Assembly: GCA_045105515.1 (NCBI GenBank)
Contig: JBGCDR010000332.1
Span: 1 to 15,308 of the forward strand
Direction: 5' to 3'
Length of the DNA: 15,308 bases
From: Oligoflexales bacterium
Lineage (GTDB): Bacteria; Bdellovibrionota_B; Oligoflexia; Oligoflexales; Bog-1112
This document shows, one piece after another, positions 1 to 7,424 of the stretch. The position numbers were made by a program, and so were the translations under genes. The notes beneath the pieces are model-generated. The model worked only from the letters and a program-made list of their open reading frames with translations, made no database searches and had not been told where the DNA came from. Numbering within the stretch: position 1 is the first letter of the stretch; the number at the start of each line of letters is the position of its first letter.

Positions 1-451
1 CGCGCATGGGCACCCCCAAGATCTTTTGATTTTCCGACAATTATAGCCTTTTTAGAGAAACTGGGGAAATTCGCTAAAGATTATAGTGCTCTAAGCCTTA
101 CATACAAAGGCGGCGGTGTGTTTCCAATCAGGCACTAACTATAATACCACTGAAAGATCGACGTTCTCGTAGTTAACATTACATATTTTTTGTAATATCC
201 TAACTTTCAAAAGCAAGATGATTTAAAACTCTAAATATCAATAACCTATGGAATATTGATACTAAACTTAATCAAGCTACTTCTCAGATATCTTCTTTTT
301 AATTCGATCGAAAGATTTAACATGACTCGGAGAAACCATTTCAAACTGGATTGCACTATCCAATAATATATTTTCGTAGCTAGAGGTAAAAAAATATTCT
401 CTTGTAAAATTTTTTATCCTTACTATATCAGATAGTTATAACAAAAACTTG

Positions 452-478
452 TTAATTCTTCTTTTTTAAGACCGATCT
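452..478 (+). promoter_or_regulatory. putative sigma28 (FliA) promoter of the DUF427-CheA-like kinase
   Basis: TTAA(452-455)-N15-ACCGATCT(471-478) versus consensus TAAA-N15-GCCGATAA; ends 38 nt upstream of the GTG start. Confidence 0.5.
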
Positions 479-516
479 CTTCTGGTGGAAGAATAGGAAT
501 TGGGAGGAGTCGCATC

Positions 517-2829
517 GTGAAGTCAGTACAAGCAGTATGGCAAGGGGTGGTAATTGCCGCTAGCAATAAAACCGTTCAGGTAGAAGGTAACTATTATTTT
601 CCTAAAGAATCAGTCAATTTTGATCATCTGAAACCTTCAGAAACTGTAACTCACTGTCCATGGAAAGGAGATGCTGCATACCACCATGTGCAATTAGATT
701 CAGATAATTTTCTCAAAAATGCTGTATGGTCTTATCCTAACCCTTCCCGTGAAGCTTTACAATTAAAGGATCATTTTGCGTTTTGGAATGGAATCGAAAT
801 AGTTAAAGAAAGCGAATCCGAAAAAAATGAGCGTTTAGCAAATAAAATAGGTCTGTTTAAAGAGAAACTTGAAAAATCAGCGCAAGAAAAAATTGATAGC
901 GCAAGTTATGTTGAATTACTAAGATCTTTTTTAGGTGAATTTGGCGAAGATGGACTTATCTACTCCTTACCGCTTGAATTCACTCAAAACTTGAGCTTTT
1001 TTAACTTTTATAACTCTAACGATGCCTGCTTGCAGACAGATCAAAACCACAAAATCCTAAGAGTAAACCGCACTTTTACCTGGGTATTCAATCATTTACC
1101 TAATATGATCGGGAAATCTTTCGAAGAGTTCATCAAGCATGTTGAAATTATTGAAGGTGAAGACAATGAAAAATTCTTTCACAAGATCACAACCCATGGT
1201 TGGGCTAGAATACCGAAGCTAAAAGTAAAAAAAGAAGATTCGAATCAATATTATTTACTCGATGTTGCAATCACCAAACATGGAGACTTAGATGATCTAA
1301 CGGGCTTTCAGTGCCAATTAACAAATATTACCAAGGAAGTAGAACTTTCCACTTCACTTGAAGAATCACAAACTCATATGAAAAGCCTTTTATCCGGGAT
1401 AAAGGAGGGTTTATTCTATTTTGAAAAAACTGGTCAAATTTCCCCAGAACGTTCTCTAGCGCTCAAAGATATTTTAAAAGGATCAGAAGAGTGTTCTAAC
1501 CTCTTTGAGATTATTAACAAATGCGGCAATGCAAAAAGCGAAGTTGTGGAAGTATGCCTCAATCTTCTCTGGCCTGCTCCAGAAGATAGCGGCTTTATGA
1601 GCCCTTTTGACGACACTGTTTCAATGCTACCAAAAGAGTTAAGCCTCCAAGAAGGCAATAAGACCAAATATGTTAAATTTCTCTATAACCCACTTTATGG
1701 AGCAAACAATGAACTTGAAAAAGTGATTGTCGTTGTCAGTGATATAACCGAGGTCATCAAAAGTCAAAAAGCAGCTGATGCACAAGCTGAGCGAGTTCAA
1801 AAAATCTCCCATGCTGCTAATAGCCTCCAAAGTTACAAATCATTTCTTGAGGAGGCCACAACTCTGATATCCCTGACTACTGAAGTTCTTAATCATGATT
1901 CCCCTGATCGTCGTTCTATGACGGAATTAAAACGTCATTTACACACCCTTAAGGGTATGCTTGGAATCTTTCACTTTAGTCGTCTTGCAAGTCAGATTCA
2001 TGCCATCGAGGATCAACTTAATTCAGCGAAAAAAAACGCTCTCAAGTCTTGCTTAGAAATGTGGAATATTTGGCTAAATGAATGGAATACTGAGTTGGAA
2101 GATATTGATTCCACTTTGGGAATTGATAAAAAGAAAGACTTCCTTCAAGTAACAAAACAAAAAGTCGAGCGTCTAGGCCAGTTTGCAAGCAAACAAGGCC
2201 ATCCTGATCTGATAGATTTATGCAATAATCTGATCCAGTTCGAAACTCCAGTAGTATTTGATAAATACAAGTCCTATGTTGATGAGATTTGCTCGAGGCG
2301 ATTAGACAAAAAAGCCATCGTCAGATTCGCAGAAGGCAACTGCGAGCTTGCTTATGATGAGGTAAAAAAAGTAGATGCCGCTATCATTCATATCCTCAGA
2401 AACAGCTTAGATCATGGTATCGAAGAAATAGAGGATAGAGAGACAAACGGTAAGCCAAAAGAAGGTGTGATCGAATTTGTTTGTTCGCGCAGCAAGGAGT
2501 CTATTTGCCTGAAGATTATTGATGATGGTGCTGGGATCAATGGTGAAAAACTAGCGGCAAAAGCAGTCGCTTGTGGAATTTGGACCCAAAATCAGTTAGG
2601 CACTGCTAGCTGGGAGGACAAAATTAACCTAATCTTTGAACCTAATCTATCTTCAAAGGATGAAGTCAGTGAACTTTCCGGTCGTGGTGTTGGGATGGAT
2701 GCAGTGAAAGACACGATGGAAACGATGGGAGGACAGATATCAATTAGTTCGACCCCAGGGAAGGGTAGCACATTTATTTTGACCATTCCCATACAAAATT
2801 TATTGGTTCATAAGAACACTGCTGCATAA
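517..2829 (+). CDS. DUF427 (NTP_transf_9) domain / PAS-like x2 / Hpt / CheA-type HATPase histidine kinase lacking the CheW (P5) domain
   Basis: GTG start with GGGAGGAG RBS. aa 1-95 carry DUF427 signatures (VIAAS, VEGNYYFP, HCPWKGDAAY, NAVWSYPNP, HFAFW). Two PAS-like segments end in QLTNIT and VVSDIT. Hpt motif RHLHTLKG (His476). CheA boxes HILRNSLDHGIE, DDGAGI, SGRGVGMD, GKGSTFILTIP, then a stop about 12 aa later. No transmembrane segment seen. Confidence 0.88.
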   Translation: MKSVQAVWQGVVIAASNKTVQVEGNYYFPKESVNFDHLKPSETVTHCPWKGDAAYHHVQLDSDNFLKNAVWSYPNPSREALQLKDHFAFWNGIEIVKESESEKNERLANKIGLFKEKLEKSAQEKIDSASYVELLRSFLGEFGEDGLIYSLPLEFTQNLSFFNFYNSNDACLQTDQNHKILRVNRTFTWVFNHLPNMIGKSFEEFIKHVEIIEGEDNEKFFHKITTHGWARIPKLKVKKEDSNQYYLLDVAITKHGDLDDLTGFQCQLTNITKEVELSTSLEESQTHMKSLLSGIKEGLFYFEKTGQISPERSLALKDILKGSEECSNLFEIINKCGNAKSEVVEVCLNLLWPAPEDSGFMSPFDDTVSMLPKELSLQEGNKTKYVKFLYNPLYGANNELEKVIVVVSDITEVIKSQKAADAQAERVQKISHAANSLQSYKSFLEEATTLISLTTEVLNHDSPDRRSMTELKRHLHTLKGMLGIFHFSRLASQIHAIEDQLNSAKKNALKSCLEMWNIWLNEWNTELEDIDSTLGIDKKKDFLQVTKQKVERLGQFASKQGHPDLIDLCNNLIQFETPVVFDKYKSYVDEICSRRLDKKAIVRFAEGNCELAYDEVKKVDAAIIHILRNSLDHGIEEIEDRETNGKPKEGVIEFVCSRSKESICLKIIDDGAGINGEKLAAKAVACGIWTQNQLGTASWEDKINLIFEPNLSSKDEVSELSGRGVGMDAVKDTMETMGGQISISSTPGKGSTFILTIPIQNLLVHKNTAA

Positions 2830-2862
2830 AAAAAGGCAATAAATAAATTCCTCCTAAAACCC

Positions 2863-2891
2863 AAAAAATCTTTCTTTAAAAAAAGAAAGAT
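2863..2891 (-). terminator. putative intrinsic terminator between convergent genes
   Basis: 10-bp stem ATCTTTCTTT-aaaa-AAAGAAAGAT (2868-2891) followed by a T run on the minus strand. The stem is AT-rich and so weak. A second hairpin CCCTAG-attc-CTAGGG lies at 2919-2934. Confidence 0.4.
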
Positions 2892-2942
2892 CAATGGAAG
2901 GAAAATTATTATAATTTACCCTAGATTCCTAGGGCTGGTATC

Positions 2943-3929
2943 TTACTCAAGAGTGTCTAGGTCAATGTTGATGTATCTGAATGACGTACCGTTGATGCCA
3001 ATCAAAAGGATCATGTTTGGATTAGTATGCATTGCATTTGGCCCTTGAGCTGAAGCAATATCGAATCCACCATTTGTTCCCCCAAAAGCAACCACATCAC
3101 CAGCAACAACCGCAGTTCCACCTGCAATCGCAGTTTGAGCTTCAGCTATTGTCATAGAGCCACCATAAGTGTCATTAAGTAGAACGTAAGTCATATCAGT
3201 AACCAGCTGAGCATCACAAGTTGCTGCAGCACCAGTTCCGACAACTGCATTTTCGCAAGTAACTTCAAAAGCAAAGTCACCAGCACCACCAGCTGTCACA
3301 CTGTTAAGAGTTACATCTGTAACTTGGAAAGCTGGAGACGCTTCCCCTGAAACACTAATGTTATGACTATCACCTAAAGCATTTTCAGCTACTAAAACAT
3401 CAGTACCTGAATCTATTTCAGTAAATGCGATTGAAATCGCTTCAGTACCTGAAATAGGATCACTTAAAGTAGACTGAACACTAAGAGCTAAGCTGTTAGA
3501 TCCATCAGTAAATACCGCAGTGTCACCAGCTTGCCATGTAGTGAAATCTGTAGAAGGAGTATAAACACTTGCTCCTAGAGTAAGTGACTTAAGTTTTGCT
3601 AAACAACCGATATCACCCTTGTACACATCTACAGGAGCAGAAGCTGACGTGATCCCAGTGTTGGTATATCCAGTAGCACAAGTATCTATGTCTAGTGAGA
3701 AGTCATCAGCATCAGCTGTAAGACTTAATGACCCACCATTAGTAAGATTTAACGAAGAATTCGTATCAGAGATATTAATCTGAACGCGAACCAATTCAGT
3801 ATCGCTAGAAGCGATCTCTGTTGATGATGCATCTGTCGCATCGTTAGAGCCTTTTTTACCACCACAAGCTACGGCAGCGATTGAGACTAAACCTAAAAAC
3901 ATGTTTCGAGTGCTCTTCCTGGTCATCAT
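2943..3929 (-). CDS. hypothetical acidic, Thr/Ser/Ala/Gly/Asp-rich lipoprotein
   Basis: Basic N-terminus, hydrophobic stretch and lipobox AVA-C-GG; low-complexity linker; mature part looks beta-rich with four further Cys. RBS AAGGGG spacing favours ATG 3929 over the TTG at 3935 given in the ORF track. Confidence 0.85.
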   Translation of the reverse strand: MMTRKSTRNMFLGLVSIAAVACGGKKGSNDATDASSTEIASSDTELVRVQINISDTNSSLNLTNGGSLSLTADADDFSLDIDTCATGYTNTGITSASAPVDVYKGDIGCLAKLKSLTLGASVYTPSTDFTTWQAGDTAVFTDGSNSLALSVQSTLSDPISGTEAISIAFTEIDSGTDVLVAENALGDSHNISVSGEASPAFQVTDVTLNSVTAGGAGDFAFEVTCENAVVGTGAAATCDAQLVTDMTYVLLNDTYGGSMTIAEAQTAIAGGTAVVAGDVVAFGGTNGGFDIASAQGPNAMHTNPNMILLIGINGTSFRYINIDLDTLE

Positions 3930-4034
3930 GATCAAATTCCCCTTCTTAAAGGTAAAATAAATTTAGTTTCCAATAACAAATTTAGTAATACTTAGTTTTC
4001 TAAACTAGTTATGCCTATATAACTAATATTTCCA

Positions 4035-4061
4035 GGATCGGCCTTCTGATTTTAAAATATA
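4035..4061 (-). promoter_or_regulatory. putative sigma28 promoter of the minus-strand lipoprotein
   Basis: Minus strand reads cTATA-N15-GCCGATCC, about 105 nt upstream of the start. Confidence 0.45.
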
Positions 4062-4381
4062 GAAAATAATGTATCATCTTAATATTATTAAAATAATATC
4101 CATTTTTATGCCCAACATGTGAAGAGGTATTTGAAAGCTTAACTAGGAACCTAAGCACGTTTTTTTAATTACTTAAACTAGAATAATTATCTCAAGAATA
4201 TAAGTTAAATATCTGTATTTATTACTTGTATTACCAAGCCCCATGCATACAGAATTAAGTACATAGCGAGTGCTTTTAGTACATAGATTTGAATATTTCA
4301 CTAGAGAATTAAGCCCAGTAATTATGCTAATTCAATCCTTAAATAATAAAAAAAAGATTTTTATATTCCTAATCTGAGCTA

Positions 4382-4408
4382 TTAAGTCAAGTCTTTCTAG
4401 GCCGATAT
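4382..4408 (+). promoter_or_regulatory. putative sigma28 promoter of the plus-strand lipoprotein
   Basis: TTAA(4382-4385)-N15-GCCGATAT(4401-4408), near consensus, 52 nt upstream of ATG 4461. Confidence 0.65.
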
Positions 4409-4460
4409 AGATTAGTAAGGTAAGTAATATAAGAGTTTAAACCTCAACTAGAATGAATTT

Positions 4461-5882
4461 ATGATAAATCTTAAGTTTAAATCATCCTTCTTGCTCCTGT
4501 TAACAGCTATCTTTCCCGTACAATGCGGTGATGAACTTACTGAGCTTATTGAACAAAAGGACCAATCCCAAGAGCTTGCACTCATAGACACTATCTCAGG
4601 CTATATCCAAACAACCTTCAACTCTGGGGGACAGTTTGCAAGCTGGAAATTGTTTCTAATGCAAAAAAGCTCTAATAAAGGCTATCTTTCTCAAATTAAT
4701 GCTTTAGGTGAGTTTGATTTTAGCAATGTTGAAGCTAACAAGACGTATACATTGTATTTATTTAATCCAGACTATCAGATTGCCTCTGCGCTCAGTTTAA
4801 AAGGTAGCTTAAAAGGCTCTGTAGGACGCTACTTTGAGCCGAAAAATGGCCGCTTACCTTATCTCATATCTAAAGGCCAAACGATGACCTTTAATGAACC
4901 AAATGAATTAACCATAGATGATAGCTATCTGCTAGAAGACAACGATGAAAATTCCATTCCCGATGCAGTAGGACCATTTTGGGCTCTTACAGATGAAGCG
5001 AGCATAGCATTTTTAGAAAGTGAGTTTGATCGTGATGGTGATGGTATCTCAAATATTTTTGACAATGATGATGACAATGACCTTATCGTAGACCTCATTG
5101 ATGAAGATTCGAATGAAGATGGTATCAAAGACCTCTCCGCAGCGAGCCATGATCATTACTATCCAAGTGATATTGAGATGTTCAATTCAAGTATCGAAAG
5201 ACATGAACAAGCAGATGGTAGCTTTCTTCATTACCTAAGCATCAGGGCAAAATTCACCCGTGATTTTGTGGTTAAAGATCTAAAAGTTTTAGGCCCGGAA
5301 TCAGTATTAACTGGCAGTGTTGGAATCAACACAAACCCTGATGGAAGCATAGGTGAGTTTAGTTGGGATGGAAGCCTTTTTGATGATGGAACCCACTTTG
5401 ACATGGCTACAAATGATAGGGTTTATGCTACTAAAATTAGATTGACAAGCTCTCTTCCCAGACGCTTCCATTGCATATTTATAGAGATTATATCAGAGTA
5501 TTCCGACCTTGATAAGAAGGGTGAAACAGTAGCAAAAGAGCACAAATCCTATTATGGGCGAGGAATTCATACCACTGAGCTTGGTAACATTTCAGCAAGT
5601 ATTGACGCAAATAATCTCGTAAGTATCAGTGGCGACCCATTTCCACTTGCTCAAAGTTTTGAGTGGACACTACTTATCTATGACGGAAACGGAAGTACCA
5701 TTTACGAGTCTCAAACACTTCCTTCAAGTACTGTTAACCTTCAGTTGCCTACCCAGGCTCTGCCAACGGCAAATAACCTCAGTTATAAGGTGGTTGCCAG
5801 TACCATCCAAAGGACCTCTGGCTACCCGGAATACAGCGTTCATAGCCTTGCGAATACCTTAGATCTATCTGCATCAGAGTGA
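4461..5882 (+). CDS. exported probable lipoprotein with thrombospondin type-3-like Ca-binding repeats and a choice-of-anchor X-like domain
   Basis: Signal peptide ending FPVQ-C-GD (atypical lipobox). Asp-rich repeats DNDENSIPD and DRDGDGISNIFDNDDDNDLIVDLIDEDSNEDGIKD. LFDDGTHFDMATNDRVYA resembles the LxDDGxxGDxxAxDGxY choice-of-anchor X motif. N-terminal region resembles a carboxypeptidase-regulatory-like beta sandwich. Confidence 0.8.
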   Translation: MINLKFKSSFLLLLTAIFPVQCGDELTELIEQKDQSQELALIDTISGYIQTTFNSGGQFASWKLFLMQKSSNKGYLSQINALGEFDFSNVEANKTYTLYLFNPDYQIASALSLKGSLKGSVGRYFEPKNGRLPYLISKGQTMTFNEPNELTIDDSYLLEDNDENSIPDAVGPFWALTDEASIAFLESEFDRDGDGISNIFDNDDDNDLIVDLIDEDSNEDGIKDLSAASHDHYYPSDIEMFNSSIERHEQADGSFLHYLSIRAKFTRDFVVKDLKVLGPESVLTGSVGINTNPDGSIGEFSWDGSLFDDGTHFDMATNDRVYATKIRLTSSLPRRFHCIFIEIISEYSDLDKKGETVAKEHKSYYGRGIHTTELGNISASIDANNLVSISGDPFPLAQSFEWTLLIYDGNGSTIYESQTLPSSTVNLQLPTQALPTANNLSYKVVASTIQRTSGYPEYSVHSLANTLDLSASE

Positions 5883-5904
5883 TCCATAAATATGGGCAAA
5901 ATAG

Positions 5905-6042
5905 GAAATGCCCTTACGTTCCTTCGGGACTGGGCAGACAGCATTAGGCGAACCGTCATTCCTCCGGGCCTAGCGAAGATGATTGCATGAAAACTTTGGC
6001 GAGCGGTCATTCCCCCGAGCATAGCGAGGATCAGGGAATATC
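5905..6042. repeat. cluster of three REP-like (GTCATTCC...GGAAT type) palindromic units
   Basis: GC-rich island. 37-nt direct repeats at 5944-5980 and 5995-6031 (30/37 identical). The second extends to GTCATTCCC-N19-GGGAATATC. An inverted unit ATGCCC...cTTCGg...GGGCAGAC lies at 5905-5939. Confidence 0.6.
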
Positions 6043-6163
6043 ACTCGAGTAATCCATACTTATATCATCAAAATCTGATATCATCTGAAAGCACCACACA
6101 CATTAGTAATAAGTAGCTATGTAGTACCCTAAAATTATCCCAGCTAGAATCAAGGGAGGATCT

Positions 6164-6744
6164 ATGAATTTTGTCGAATTAAAATATGAAAATGCGTTGC
6201 TTTGCATCATAGATATTCAAGACAACTTATTGAAGACTATGAAGAAGAAAGTCTTCAATGAAAAACTTCGGCAACTTGAACTGCTTGTTAAAATGTTTAC
6301 CCTATGGGAAAGACCGATTATTGCTACTGAACAATATCCAAAAGGTTTGGGATCTACTCACACCACCATAAAAAGTTGGTTTAAAAATTTTGAAGCTATT
6401 GCAAAAACTAGTTTTAGCTGCCTTGGCAGTACCGATTTTCAGAAGAAACTAAATGTCTTAGAAAAAGGATGGATCATATTAACCGGAATGGAGACACATA
6501 TATGTGTGTGCTAGAAACAGCATTAGATTTAAAGAAACAAGGGTGGAATGTTGTTGTGCCGGTGGATGCTGTGCAAAGTAGCACGAAACAGAAGTGGAAG
6601 TGGGGCCTGCAGCAAATGAATCAAGAAGGGATTCATGTAAGTAACTGTGAAACAATCCTATTTCACTGCCTACGAGACAGTAAACATCCCAGCTTTAAAG
6701 AGTTCTCGAACTTATTGAAGCGATCAAACATGGATAATGATTGA
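6164..6744 (+). pseudogene. isochorismatase-family (YcaC-related) cysteine hydrolase, frameshifted
   Basis: RBS AGGGAGGA. ORF 6164-6514 has IIDIQ, TEQYPKGLGST, KTSFSC and GMETHICV. ORF 6469-6744 continues LETALDL, VPVDAVQS, ETILF and HPSFKEFS. Removing one TG from (TG)4 at 6503-6510 gives a single 192-aa protein with ETHICVLETALDL. Confidence 0.88.
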
Positions 6745-6792
6745 TAATAGTATTAAAAATAAATGGTTATGGTAAGTAAATATCAAACTCTA

Positions 6793-6960
6793 CTAGATCA
6801 AACTGACATCAAAACCGTAAAATGCATAACTATTGCGCGATCTCTGTTCGCTAGTCTCGGTTTCATCATCAGCCCTATGCCGAGATTTTCTGCTAACGTT
6901 TTTTTTAGGTTTACTATTTTTCTTATTCTTGCTCTCATGGAGCTGGTATATCTGTGCCAT
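6793..6960 (-). CDS. putative small protein, 55 aa (MAQIYQLHESKNKKNSKPKKNVSRKSRHRADDETETSEQRSRNSYAFYGFDVSLI)
   Basis: Manually translated ATG 6960 to TAG 6793, shorter than any ORF in the track. Purine-rich AGAGTGGA just upstream, and a sigma28-type promoter 34 nt upstream. Confidence 0.5.
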   Translation of the reverse strand: MAQIYQLHESKNKKNSKPKKNVSRKSRHRADDETETSEQRSRNSYAFYGFDVSLI

Positions 6961-6994
6961 AAGTCCACTCTATTATGATTTTTCACTAATTTCT

Positions 6995-7021
6995 ATATCG
7001 GAATTCACACGAAAAATTTTA
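6995..7021 (-). promoter_or_regulatory. putative sigma28 promoter of the 55-aa ORF
   Basis: Minus strand reads TAAA-N15-TCCGATAT. Confidence 0.55.
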
Positions 7022-7424
7022 ATATTATTTCTACTGAACTATTTTTACAGTATATTTAAGCCTCAATTAGATAAAACACCCGGGTCTTTGGGGCACTAAA
7101 ATGGTCTCAAAAACGAATAGAAAATGGTTTAAGCATTTCCCATAAGCCTGGCTGACCCTGAGCTGCAGTCCATGGTAGCTTTTGTTCAGGAAATTTTTTG
7201 ATCTTAGGTACTTATAATCAAATCTGTCCATTGGTCGAGGTGAATTAGGTATTGACTTAGTTAAGCAAACTTACGGAATATTAACGTTTTATTTCTTAAA
7301 GTAAAACTAAATCCGTACGAAATTAAATAAGGGATCAGCTTAAGTCTAAGAAAAATTGGGTTCAAAGTTTCTTAGCAGCTTGCTAATTTAGGTCAATATC
7401 ATTATTTATGTATCGGAATTTCCA

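Noticed and set aside
16..40. CCAAG...TCCGACAA sigma28-like site
   Set aside because: Spacing is too short and no gene follows closely.
1..138. Open frame from the window edge (RAWAPPRSFDFPTIIAFLEKLGKFAKDYSALSLTYKGGGVFPIRH-stop), possibly the 3' end of an upstream gene
   Set aside because: Only 45 codons with no recognisable family. The resemblance to an IS91-type or arrest-peptide RAPP motif is inexact, and upstream sequence is needed.
5891..5945. c-di-GMP-I riboswitch suggested by GGGCAAA...GAAA
   Set aside because: Lacks the GACGCAAAGC junction and the second stem.
5944..6031. Possible CRISPR mini-array of 37-nt repeats
   Set aside because: Only two diverged copies, a 14-nt spacer and no cas genes; fits REP-like repeats better.
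6763..7099. Track ORFs 6763-6978(+), 6798-6986(-) and 6833-7099(+)
   Set aside because: No convincing RBS or motifs; they overlap the better-supported 55-aa ORF, and the hydrophobicity of the plus-strand ones is explained by T-rich antisense sequence.
7141..7190. Minus-strand AAAGCTAC...GTCAGCCAG resembling the 3' half of a c-di-GMP-I riboswitch
   Set aside because: The 5' GGCAAA/GAAA stem is absent; likely coincidental.
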